DNA of 64,000 nt, taken from contig CBFFRP010000143.1 in the NCBI GenBank assembly GCA_965644295.1, positions 124,001 to 188,000 on the forward strand, read 5' to 3'. The DNA comes from Paraphysomonas bandaiensis (lineage: Eukaryota; Protista; Chrysophyceae). Of this stretch, positions 51,430 through 64,000 are shown piece after piece; the first letter of the stretch is position 1, and each line of letters starts with the position of its first letter. The position numbers and the translations under genes were made by a program. The notes under the pieces were generated by a model. It did no database searches. It worked only from the letters and a program-made list of their open reading frames with translations, and was not told the origin of the DNA.

Positions 51430-51789
51430 GTCTTGTCTTCTCCTATTCAACAATTAGTACAACTGTCACTCTGCAAGCATATTTTATATGCACTTATCAT
51501 ATGTACAAATGTCTTCCTTAATGTGGCGCATCTGAATCCTTTTCATACTCCTTGCCATAAATTAATAATCAAGCAAAATAGCTGTGTTTCCTAATTAATG
51601 TGTATGTGATTATAATTCACCAACTTTAAAATTGAACAAACAACTCATCAATAACCCACATTTTACATATTAAAATACGACTGGTTGATGTCTTTCGTTA
51701 TTATAAATTACATCACATGCCTACATATAATATAGTTTAACACTGGCTATCGACAATGCACAGACTCTAACGACGTCACTTCAAATCTG

Positions 51790-54700
51790 CTACATAGGAG
51801 TAAAGCCGCAGTTATTTTCATTTTCCGTCTCAAGTATGTCATCACTGCAATTGCTACTTGTGAGGGATAACTTTCCCTAATCACACACAGCATAAATCGT
51901 ATGTAAATTCTGTGTTAATCAAATACCTTAGAGCCACTCGTAGAAGTTCCAGAAAACTGGTAATCCGCAGGCATAGGTGCCCAAGCAATGCTGCACTGGC
52001 GCCTCGCCCACTCCTTGTCTTCAATACTATCACCCGCCTGAAAATATATGATGCCAACGGAAAGATTAGTGACACATATACTACCTTATCCTCACTGGCC
52101 ACAGGAAGGGGAATAGCGTCACCAGCGTGAAGTGACAGCACATCTATCGTATGGTCCGCGTTTCCACAATCCAATCCAGTAATAAAGGGGTGCTGAGTTG
52201 CCTCGCGAACACTGTACCTGCGTGACGGTTCTAGAAAAAATATATATATTACGCTCTGAACGACATACGGAATGAATTACATACCTAGCTGCAGCAACAT
52301 ATCTATCAAGTTCTTAGGACTTTCAGGGATTGAACTATCATCCATGTCGGGACAGCCAACGGTGGCGTCAAATTTAACTTCTTTCGACTTCGACCCCGAA
52401 GAGTCCAGAGACTCAGATAATTCGGGATAATCTACACATACTTGGACCAGCACCTGTCATATTAAATTTTATTAAAAACATGTAGTCAAAAATATGCAAT
52501 ACTGAAGCTGGACCTGATGAAACGTAGTTCCGTAATACTTCGGCTTCCCGACAAGACAAAAATAGAGTACGCATCCCAAGGCCCATGAGTCGCCTGCCAA
52601 ACCAGGAATAGACCCAGAAATTAAAACTTCGGGTGGAAGATAGCCTGGGGTTCCTTCGGCATCAACACTACTACTGTCGTTTGAAGAATTTGAGTTCGCA
52701 ATATCGTCAATAGTCAAATCATTCCTATTAGAACACATTAGTATATTGCATTGCAGCAGTCAACAAAAAGTCGTGTGCGTTACGCGCACTATCATGATAT
52801 CAGGAGCAAAATTTGTGAACGGACCTAATTTCTGAGTTATCCCTCCAATCTCCGTCCCGAATATTCTTTATTAACTCGTTGCCTTTCAGTAGCAGAGCAT
52901 GTCCATCACTTGTGACAGCTCGACAAGCACCAAAGTCTGTCAGCTATAAACAAAATTAGCAGACACGTTAGATTATTCACAAAAACAGCTACCTTCACAT
53001 GACCCAAAGACGTTATGAGTATATTCTCTGGCTTAAGGTCATTGAAAGACAAACCCAAGTCATGAATGGAGAGCAGCGCGGCACATATCTCTCCAATGAT
53101 AAATCTTTGCAACAATAATTAAAACTAAAATCATGGATCCGCTCCATATCAAGGTACCTCGAACAAAGTTCATCCAAGGGGCCATTTTTTAAAATCTGCA
53201 GCCAATAGTCAAGGTATACAGTAAACGGGACCACTTACATGTGTATGGAGGTCTCCATTCGCGGCATACTCAAGTACTAAATAGTATCCATCGGTATATC
53301 TGAAAGCAATATTGTTGACACGCAGCTACAGCATCTGTACAATAACCTGAATGCCGAGATTAATCTAGCGATTCCAGGGTGGGAGAGTTCCTGAGTCAAC
53401 AGCCTTGTCAATGGTTGACAAAAAACTTGTGATCACTTACATGGAGAGCAGCAATTTCTCGGCATGCAATATCTATACAACTTCGCCCGATCTGAACCAT
53501 TCTCTTAACAGAGAGAATCTGACTAGCTGATGAACCAAAGATTAGAAATTACAAACAGTATACCACCTTAACAGCATATTCCGGCCATTGAGACCTACTA
53601 GCGTTTGGACCCTATAGAGAAAAGCGTTAGCATCATAGGAAAAGCAAAAGTCATTTACCTTCAGTATACGTCGGCAATACTTTACAGTTCCAAACGAACC
53701 TTCACCCAGTTGTCTATGCAAGTATCACATGCATAAAAGTCAATTATAGAAGTAGGTATTATCTTACTGTCCAAATACAAGATCATGAAACTTCAAGTCA
53801 GGCAGAAGACTTGGCTTTGATGCTGCCTGTTCCCTGACCCAGAATGGCCCGTGCCCATCTTCTTCGTCACCCCCACCGCCATTTAGACGGCATCGCTCAA
53901 TGTACTCCATCACAACATTGGCTGCTGTGAATACATAGGTATCATAGGTGTAGACGAATGGTATAACTCTTACCCGAAATGACTTCGTTTTTAGCTGATT
54001 CCATTGACTTTACATCACCTATACTTGATGTACCAGTGGGTTCCTTTTGGTGCTTGAATGCCCAGGGCGCAACTCCAGTTATAGTAACAGGAGGATTTTC
54101 GCCTGGCTTAATTGGACCTGCAGATTTCATCATACACCACACGTTTTGCCATCACATTTTTATATCACCTGGGTGAGCTTGCTTAATGGTATTGGGATTA
54201 AGCTTCGAACGTGGGAAAGTTGACATCGGCGAAAATTTTCCAGGGGGACGCTCTGAACAACTGGACGAGGACTCCGTTTTCTGCCCTGAGATTGTGTCTA
54301 CATAAAAAGGCGGCAAATTCCATGAATTTAAAGACACGTAAATAGCTAATGTTCTCACCACGTTCTGGGGTCACTTCCGACGGAGGTCGCTTATGAGCCC
54401 GCACAGAACGAATGGATGAAGGGGGTAGACTTGGGTTACTCTTTTTTTCCGAGGGAGCCGTCACACTGGGCGTCTTTCCAATCAGATGCTCCGCAGCAGC
54501 ACAAAAAGCATCATCGTCCATTTCCTGCGAAATTTTACATAATCTGCACCACATCACAATGGGTAAAGAGACCTTCAACTTTTTAAGAACAATTGCTGTC
54601 ATTTTATTCACAGTTTGGTTCCAGAAGAGCTTACCACCGCGATATAGAGGCGGGAGAAAGCCAGATATAGCTTCAAATGCATGTCTAGATATGTGGTCAA

Positions 54701-56032
54701 TAAATATTTTATTTCTATAAGTAAAGCATATAAGTAAGGCTGAGATTCACATAGACAACTCTTACCTGAACATTTGGAGTGTACGTTGGAGGGGAATCAT
54801 ATTATCATGACTAAGAAGACTCTTTAATCTGCTCTATTAAAATATTTATACAAAAGTAAACACAAACTGCCGAGGTATACCATGACGTATGGAAATACAG
54901 CGTCAAACTCCACGTCCGAAGACATGCCCAGTAGCTTTTCCAACTTCAAGTCTATCATTAAAAAGGCATGGAAATCATGATGAACATACCTCATGTACGA
55001 AAAGTACTTCTTTGGGCGTATTGGAATTGAATCCCTCAGGCCAGAGTGATGTCACGAGAACGCGAATAGTGTGAGCTAGCATTGTGTTCGGTTCTTGCAT
55101 GTGCTTTACACCACCATGCATTCTCTCCCATTCAGCCAGCCGGACAAGACAGAGCACCAAGGCTTCGTGATAGGGCTGTGGGATGTCAAGCCTGTCAGTC
55201 TACATGAACAGCGCTTACCTGCACTACAGGAAGCTGGTCCCGCCATTCAATCATTCCGTTGGGAGTGTGTAAAGGCAATAGAACTTTCACAAGCAAATCC
55301 CACTGCACGCGATGACAATCAGGTCGGTATTGTGTAGTTCTCGCATTTGCAATCGATTGATCTGTCATTCCTGCTACAATCTTGGCGACAAGCTGGGACA
55401 GTCAGATTATAACATAAATACTGACATTAAATAATAGTAAACCTTAAGATGTGGTCGAATATCAACACTCTTCAACAAATCTGGAGAAGCGGAATATCGG
55501 ACAAGCTTCGAACCAACCATCAGTCTAATGCTCCCACGTAGATCGATACGATGCCTGTAAACCCACATTAACACATTCCCAGTAGTAACACTAGCCTCTT
55601 TCTGTCCACGATCAAAGCTTTTTAGCACTGAAATTCGAAATAATAGATGAAAAATGAACTCAATTTGAACATAGATTCTTACACTTTAAACAGAATTCCT
55701 TCGATATGCTGTTGACTATGGTGGATATCGCAGAGCTCGTGTTGGTCTCAGGAAACTTCTGTAATATTTCCCAACTATTGAGCGCGAGCTCCTCTATCTG
55801 TGAATGCCTCTGGTTCCAGCAGACCTCCAGTGAAGCCATCACTGATATCACCACTTGTTCGATATCCTGATAGTCTCTTATCTGTATGGGGTATGAGATG
55901 TATCTATCATCATATCATCTGACTGCAGTGTACCTCCATAGATTTAATCATATCGTACAAGACAGTCATGTCCTCTTCACTGGGCATGCGCTCAATGCGA
56001 CTCAACAGAGATATCAACTCCTCTCTGTTCAT
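51790..56032 (-). CDS. Multi-exon Ser/Thr protein kinase, AGC/PDK1-like, with long uncharacterised N-terminal region
   Basis: LGEGSFGTVKY, YAVK, HPGIARL, YLVLEYAANGDL, FNDLKPEN, TDFG, EGTPGYLPPE, DSWALG, HPF, C-terminal WARRQCSIAWAPMP. Start codon uncertain (could lie further upstream). Confidence 0.85.
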
Positions 56033-57700
56033 TGATATGAATAGCTCTTCTCGACTGATGCAGTTGTTATCTCCCGTCAACTCCGACGAGCAGATCTATA
56101 AGTGAATCTACAGAGAGCTCAGCCGGCTGCTGATCGCTCCACACACACCAGAATAGTGGGAGGAATTCCTCCACAGTACTCCACTGTATCTACAGCAGTA
56201 CAATTGGAGTACTCCGGTACAGTACTGTATATGTGTGTATTTGAATAGAACACGAATTTTTCTCATCTACACCATATACAGCGCTATATACGGTGATACG
56301 GTGGTGTCCATGTTCAGATAAGGACCCTGCACCTACTCTGTATATCCACACAGCAACACACACTACGATCTGATAGAGGCAGACACAGATGATCTCACTG
56401 TACAATGGCCTGCAGCAAGGACAAGATCCCATTGCTCGACTGTGATTGGCATCGCAGGACATGCTGTAATCACCTCGTCACCGTTAGTTTCTGCTACAAG
56501 GCACAAGGGTTCAATACCTTTGAACTGATGACAGCGTGGTGATTGTTGCTGTGAGGGTATGTGGTGATCGTAACCATACACAGCCGCATTGTGTCCAATT
56601 GATTTTTCTTTCATGTTCCGTTTGATTGCGCGCATACGAAGCGCTGTCAAGTCTATAGACAAGTGGGAACTATAAGATGCATGTCCGTACATATTTTGAC
56701 TTTTACCACTTTATAACACTGTTTACCAAGGTGTTTGAATGGTGTTTGTTTGAATGGTGTTTGAATGGTGTTATTTATATTTTATACAGCAACACACTGT
56801 GTTCTCTTGTTATTGATGCTTTCTCAATTACTGGACGGAGATAACCCGCCAGTTCCTCTCGATTAGCCCTTTTTGTGTTTCCTATTTGCCATAGGCGACT
56901 GAACATGTCGACCACTGTTAACTTGAGAGAGGGATGATAGAGGGGGAATGGATAAGAATTCTGATGTAAAGATCATAGCAGCGAGTTCAGCAAGGAATAG
57001 ACAAAAGGAGATAATTCAGTTGCAAGAATACAATTATCACGTAGAGCAAGTGCTTTGAGATTTGTCAATCGCAGAGACTAAAAGAAGAAATGCGTCATAT
57101 TTTATAAGTGTTGGTAAAATCTGAGCAGCGAGTAATGCATAGGCAAGATGCCTTGGTATCTCAAAATACTCGTTTTTAGTGTGCTCTATATTTTACATAC
57201 GAATGGCTTATATTCGCACATGTTGTACAACTATATATAGATGGAATTGCTGTCATAGTGTAGGATATTTACTATTAGGAAACAGAATGGAAATATAGCA
57301 AATATAGGACTCTCCTGTCGAATGCGATAAATTATAAATATATATTGGACTGGTTGAAAGTATCATTTTGTATTATTTAGGCTTTACGATGATAGGAATA
57401 CATGATATAAGCGTAAATAGGTGGTACTTGTTTCCAGTACAGGAGTGTGTCGTTGTTGGCCTCGGGGCATATTAACATAATCGTCGCTGTAAAATAAGTC
57501 TTGTAATGAAACGAGACTTCTCGAGATAACTGAGATACCCATACAATGAACCCAGGCGTCACTCGTCCTATGGTGTAGAGGGTGTACAGTGTACAAAAAC
57601 CTTTCATGGTTTAATAACTATTTAGCTAGGTATTCTAATCATTATTTTATAGAAACAAGTATTTTGGTGACGCCAACTATTACCGTTATTTATAACTTAA

Positions 57701-60700
57701 CTATTCAACGACTCGTTGTGCTTTGCATGTGGGACCGTCATCGTTAATATCTGCACGGTCGCCCCGCTTTTGCCCACACGTCGTAGTATCTGAAACGCCT
57801 ACCTGTAATATATTGCTATTCTCGGCAATAGTGCCTTCTCCTAATTCGCAAAGTGAGGTGTCTCCCTGCACTGTAGCCCCATTTACGACAGACTCGATAG
57901 CACATTCCGCAATCGAGGGTTGATCTAACTGTTGTGTTGTCAGTGCACCACCACAAGTCGCCCAACTTCCGTGTTGTTCAAGATCGCTAGGAACGCAACG
58001 TGACGCTTCCTCTGGTTCTACGACATTAGGTAATTTGTCACATTCAACGCTATTGTAACATGTACGTAGCGCGTTGCTTTCTTTTCTACTTTCAACAGGA
58101 TGAGTTCCCACAGAAGGGCCCCGAGTTATATCGTCTTTCAGACAACGGTCTTTTGCGCCAAGTGACGCCGCATCACTGCGACTCTCAGGTTTGTCAGAAT
58201 CATCATATTTGGATTCGATCTCACCATCATCGCTTGCAATTCCCAAGACATTCGCTCTGTACTCCTCCAAAAGAGCATCGGTGTACGCCTGTGCTCTGTG
58301 ATAACTCCTTGTCACTCGCCTCTCTACACCTCGACGCCAAGACAGCCCCCCCTCGCTGTGCGTCACGACATCTAAAACAATGTCCGGCCAAACAAACGGC
58401 ACCTTATCTTTATTGTCCTGAGACTCATCACCATGATGCTGCACCCATTCGTATAATGCAAGCAATCCGTGACAGAAATCGCACGACCGTTCATCATCGT
58501 ACTCATTGAGAACTTTCATAGTTAGCGGCTCCATATCACATCGCCTTTCTTCAATTTGAACACGACGCTCCGACAGGCTAATTGGAAATACGAAAAATGA
58601 CTCATTGCGTTCTTCTCCCTCATATCCATAGAATATAGCTGGCATGCATCGTTTGGTGAGCCAAAAAAGATTAGTAGGATTCACTGACATATGCGCAGTA
58701 CTGCTGGGAACCGACACAATGGAGACTGAATCGCTAACAGTAACTGGATTATGAATGGAGCCCGATTGCTCATTCTTCACATATATTTGTTCTGAGTCTG
58801 CATTCTTTGGTGCCATTGCTGAAGTACAGGAAGCCTCGTCCTCAGAACTATCATCGTCAAACATGCTGAGCTCTTCCAGGTACTGCTCTTTCAACTTGTT
58901 GACATATGCAATCACACGGACGTTTGCTTTGCCCGTCTTGGCCATACTTCTCTCCACACTACGCGACCACGGCCTCCATGAGCTGTTATGCGCGACCAGG
59001 TCCAAAATAAAATCCGGCCATGCATACGGTTCATCCTCATCACCTGACACATTAGGATCTAGAGAAGGGAGCATGGAGGGCTCACTTTTGTCCTCTGTTG
59101 GTAACATAGACGGACAAGATGGTACAATATCTGATGCAGTGTCACAATCGGTTTGTTGAATCAAATCGGCAGTCTTGCATCTGTTAATATCCCATTCGTA
59201 AAATTGCAGTAAAGCTTCCGCAAAATCTCTGGTGCGTTGGTCGTAGCAGCCTTTTAAGTTGGATAGCGTTAGTGGCTCAACCTCTCTGAACGAAATATCC
59301 ACAAAATACGTATGACACATAGCATTTATTGGTTGTACTTTGAATGTATTCTTCTTATCGTTGCCTGGTGTATCGTAGAACATAACGGGAAGTCCCATTT
59401 TGTTTGACCAGAAAAGATTAGATTTATTACACCACCTGGTGGGTAACGGCTTCGGTGGGGGCTGATATATTACGTGAGCAATAAGAGAAATTCCGATTTC
59501 AACAATACCTGCAATGCTGGTTTTATATCACTTTCGGAGATCTTCTTTCGGCGACCAGGCCCTTTTTTCACCAACTTGGCTGAATCTGATACTAACGATT
59601 TCTTTTGCTTCTCAGCATCTGGAGGCGAAGTGGCAGAAACCAGTGAATCAACTGTTTTACTCGGCCGCTTGCTCTCTTTTTCCTCCGCTCCTCGACTGAC
59701 TTTCCTCTTCTTTATCACGGGGACGGGGACAGAAGATATAGGTGGTTTCTCCTCCGGAGAAGGAGGTGGCACTGGTACCATGATTCCATCATCCCATGGA
59801 TACTCAGCATCCATACAACGACTATCAGAATCCACTCGCTCTTTGTACTCCTCATACAAAGCGTTGAAATATTTACTACGCCGGGATTCTTGGTGCCTTG
59901 GCGTACCAGATCCTGTCCGGCCTTTTTCAGCTCGCCTTCTCCAAGACAGCCACTTCGTACCAGAATAAATCAGCTCCATAATGAACTCTGGATATATATA
60001 CCACTTGCATTTCGGGTACATGGTAAGTTCCATTTCTGCTATATCCATCATGGCTAAGGCGAAATCAGCTGTGCGACTATCATGCATCTTCGCAGCGATT
60101 CCTTCAGTCATGGGGGTCAATGATGAAGCCGAGACTATCTCACTCTTGTAAGGAATATCACATCGAAACGGCAACACGTGCAACGCCGCCCCCCCCGTCA
60201 ACTTCGTCGTTTCTTTCGGATTTATCTCTAGGGAGGTACATATACAAGGACACCCTTTATTTTTGACCCAGTATATATTGTGTGGTGTAAATTTAAGACC
60301 ACTGGGCCATCTATTCGGCACGCCTTCGAGGACTTGTGTGTATGATATACGGGAATCACTTGACGGAGCTATAGCCCTTTGCGATCGGCGTTTCACTGGT
60401 GTAGCTGTAGCTACGAGATCACACTGCTCACGGTCCGGGTAGAGGCAGTAGTACATATTGATTACATCCTTCATTTTAACTTGGTGCTGTAAATTCTCGC
60501 TGCTATCAAAAGCAGACTCTAAATCTCCTGAATTAGAAAATATCTTGCGCAATGAGCAGTAGACGTCACGAATGCTGTCCGTGGGGTGGCTGCGAACACG
60601 TAGTGAATATACTGTGAAACGAGAATACAATTACAAGGTACCTTGACACTTCAAAAAACGATTGCAACAGCTGCACTGGCCACGCAGTACCAAAACTGCT

Positions 60701-62842
60701 ACTCACAGAATTTGCGACAGTATCACGAACATATTTCAATGCCTGCTGACAATCATAGTTACAATAGTGCAGAACTTCCAGAGCCCTGTCCTCATGGTAG
60801 AACCTTGCTCTGCATTCACTTGTTGGTACTGCGAATGCTTCTCTACCATTTCGGACAGAAGCAACTAGCCTTCTTGTTGTGACCGGAGATGACGCCCGGT
60901 CTGATGCCGAATGCAGGACAGTCTCATCACCGCCACTCGGGATGCTCTCACTTGAACTGAAACTTTGGTTCAGTGCAGCGCTTCCAATGGTCTCATCAGG
61001 CGCAGATACCGTCGACTTCCCGTCTTCGCGCACATCCATTACAACATATAGTCGGCGTCTATTAGCGCTCGCCGCGAGTTGTGTGGACTTTTGCCGCTCT
61101 TGCTGTGGAACGTTTTCCTTCCACGCATGCGACGTTTGCCCAGAAGGAGTGGAGCTGCCAGTCACAGAAGATATGGACGGCTTAACTGTATCGACCAGCA
61201 ATCCCGGTCGAATTGGGAGACACGCATATGCCTCAGATAAGTACGCATTCTCTACACTATCCAAAACTACATCAGGGCGATATACAAGCCCAGAGGTAAC
61301 GGACTTGTCCTCGTCTTCTGTTTCGCTAGGTGCGACAAATGGTGAGACCTCAACTTGGAACGATGACCCCACACGGCTTGAGTGTCTTTTAAAATCTTTA
61401 TCCTCGACACCCTGAGCAGTCGAACGCACCCCAGCTATCAGGGTCATGAGACAAGATTGTATGGGATCAACACTAATGGCATCTATCATAGTAGTGTGGG
61501 TACTCATAGCATTGTTGGGTTGGGGTAGAGCATCTTCCAGACCATCCAGCAGACTTAATACTTCGGATTCCCACCCTAACAAAGAAACACATAGCGCAAA
61601 CATGTATCGTCCTCTCCTTTCCATAAGAAGTCTCTGCAGAACCGGGTGACATTCCTCGGCCTCCTTTCTCCATTTCTTCCATTGCTCTGGATGTTGGATT
61701 AGGTCCAAAACGACTGGTCTCCACTCATAGGAGTTACTGCCAGGGTCATCCCACTCAGATAAAAATGCCATGGCCAAAGCAAAATCAGACGACTCAGGGT
61801 CGTCCATAAGCTCCGCATAACTCTCTTCGAACATAATAATATTACCTCGCCGATCTGTCACTTCTTTATACTCTAATGCCCGGCAGTCCACAGGAACCAA
61901 ATTGACTACGTCGTTCAAAGATGGTCCAACAGTCGGCTCTTCAGGCCGTTTCAATATGTAACACATTCTTCGCTGTGGACTCCAATATAACTCATTACTG
62001 CGAACAATTAATATTAAATATATACTACTAATGTGAGTGGAACAATGCCGCACCGTGGTTCCTCGGCAACTTCGTATTTGCTTGTGCGACCCGAATCATC
62101 AGATACTGCATCGGACAGTTCAGATAAATTTTCATCATCCATGTAGCGCTTGAGGATCGCCTTACATACATCCGTCCCGAGGTTCTCTTTCGTAAACAAC
62201 TATAACCACAATCATTACTGTAATCATTGACAGGAAAGGTGCAGAATTACATATTTCTCATTAAGGTCCATTCGTTTCCACACAGATGATCTAATGCGTT
62301 TGAGTGCCTTTTCCAGGCGCTTCGGATAGCGATGCGATATATAATCTCTCAACGCCTACATGGTACATATGAATTTAAAGAGCTACCACACAATATAATA
62401 TTACAAGACCTGAGTAAACGCATGGAAGTGTCGAGTAATCTTTCCCGTGCCACGACGATCACAAGTTTTTTCTCCACTCAGTTCATGCAACGCATCATCC
62501 AATTGTGCCTCACAGTCTGGTTGATAAGAATCTATCGACGAAGAGGACATTAATAGTTTGGAGCGTGTTGGTGTTGGAATATCCGTATGACGATCCCCAT
62601 CTATAGACCCTCGATCCGAGTTATCTATATCAGAGTAATTGCTACCTGAAAACAAATATAAACGCCCGCAGATAACACCCGATCCCCTCACCGTCCCCCT
62701 CCCGTATATCCTCAGTGTCATCAGATGATAGAATGGACTCCATCTCTTCTGAGTCGATTCCGTCCTCACAGCGCCTCTCTATCCTACCTACAGGTACACA
62801 GACACTCATAACACCGCCCTGCTCAACAGGTTTCTCATCCAT
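57701..62842 (-). CDS. Large multi-exon chromatin-type protein: ELM2 + SANT-like region and four copies of an unassigned ~130-aa domain
   Basis: ELM2 SSRVGSSFQVEV...LVYRP and EDRALEVLHYCNYDCQQAL followed by W..F helix; basic NLS-like KKRK; ORFs 62053-60566, 60630-59470 and 59398-57701 linked by short GT-AG introns. Confidence 0.75.
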
Positions 62843-63129
62843 CTAGACTGGGTAGGTCCAGTATGTTAATTTCAATTTCAAATGAATTGGAGGAAATCGA
62901 TGTGGAGAATGGCACGTACATGTATTTGGTATGTGGGGCGGGTTGTAGTATTGTACTACGTACGAGAACATCTGCCTACTCAAATTTGTCTTTTTTGAAA
63001 ATCGAAATCTTCAAAATGCGTATTTTTTCCCTTAAATTTTGTGAAAATATGGAGCTCACTCTCGACGGTATTGATATTAGGACCTAATGAAGTTACAGAT
63101 ACTTGGATAATAATGGAAATACAACTTTC

Positions 63130-63390
63130 CTCGTGCTGTTCATTTTGACAACCCATGCTTCATAGATAGGTATATATCTCATTAATATTGTCCTTTTGTC
63201 TTTTGTTTGTCTTTTGTTCAATATTGCAAAAATCTTCAAAAAATGAATGCAAGGATTGTGTCTCCTCAAGATACTTCGCATTCATGCCTCATGTCAATAA
63301 CAATTCAATTGCACAAACTTGCTTTTCGAAATAATTGCTCTAAACTAATAGCTAGCGGGAAGCACAATTATCCACTCCAATATTCTCATT
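63130..63390 (-). pseudogene. Possible relic of a D5/SF3 primase-helicase C-terminus
   Basis: Across frameshifts reads RILEWII...LEQLF...AKYLEETQSLHSFFEDFC...NEIY..YEAW, matching the ILxW..GL..Y.EE.D....F..D.C...LY..Y..W pattern. Confidence 0.4.
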
Positions 63391-63434
63391 GAGATTCTCT
63401 CGGGAGAGGTCTCTAACTGCATATTATGACACGC

Positions 63435-63744
63435 AACAAGGAACAGGGGAACGGGCCGCTTGTGTCGCTGAGGCGTCCGTCTTGCGCCGGGAAGGCACTT
63501 TGTCTCACAATAAAAAATTTTATATTTTATTTTTTTAAAGTTTAATTCTTTAATATTGTTATATAAGAGTATTTAAAAGTTATTTATAATATATATAAGA
63601 TAATTTATTATTTAAAGTATGGTATTTTTAATATCATTACATAAGAACTTCGAGTGTTAAGGAAAGAGTAATAAAACAAAGCGCCTTCCCGGCGCAAGAG
63701 GGATGCCTCAGCTGCACAAGTGGCCCGTTCCCCTGTTCTTTGTT
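63435..63744. repeat. 69-bp GC-rich inverted repeat around a 172-bp AT-rich spacer
   Basis: 63435-63503 vs reverse complement of 63676-63744: 62/69 matches. Confidence 0.92.
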
Positions 63745-64000
63745 TTGTTTTTATGACTTTTTAAATAGGGTATATTGCGTTATATAATCAGTATTAGATA
63801 TCATGGTATATAACAGGTATATAGCAAGAACTATCCTGGCTCAGCAACATTAAATGCCATTTTATTACATCTAGCAGCACCATCAAGATGTACTTGTTCA
63901 CGGAAAGAGTTTAATTGTATATCGAACTTTTGCCAACGTGTGCGGGAGAGCGAATCTTGCAATATACTACATGCACTGTTGTGTGCTTTGGAGGAGTTTT

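Noticed and set aside
56190-56692. Upstream exons of the kinase or a separate gene
   Set aside because: In-frame stops and no convincing splice path; left unassigned.

Overview
Eukaryotic nuclear DNA with very short (~45-55 bp) GT-AG introns. It is probably a stramenopile protist, inferred from the gene families; the species cannot be determined. The left 21 kb is an accessory, transposon-rich block. It holds a very young Ty1/copia element with identical 294-bp LTRs that end in TA...TA instead of TG...CA (5-bp TSD CTGCT), inserted next to a decayed Harbinger-like element, followed by a MITE. Next comes a divergent pair of intronless conflict-type genes: a Crinkler/RHS-like P-loop NTPase + PD-(D/E)xK nuclease, and a 1505-aa NLR-like protein (gamma-glutamylcyclotransferase domain + NB-ARC/STAND NTPase with an inserted transmembrane hairpin + TPRs). 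A decayed LINE closes the block. The rest holds a ~3866-aa 9-TM cadherin/IPT protein, ETF alpha, a type-B carboxylesterase, a CapZIP/FAM21-like CPI-motif protein, a calcineurin-B-like EF-hand protein, a PDK1-like non-RD kinase, and an ELM2-SANT protein with four copies of an unassigned domain. Interspersed are hAT and mariner-type MITEs, a perfect (TATG)102 tract and two AT-rich relics resembling DNA-virus/Polinton-like sequence. The best candidate for an undescribed system is the membrane-tethered GGCT-NLR with its head-to-head NTPase-nuclease neighbour. All domain calls come from motif recognition by eye; no searches were run.
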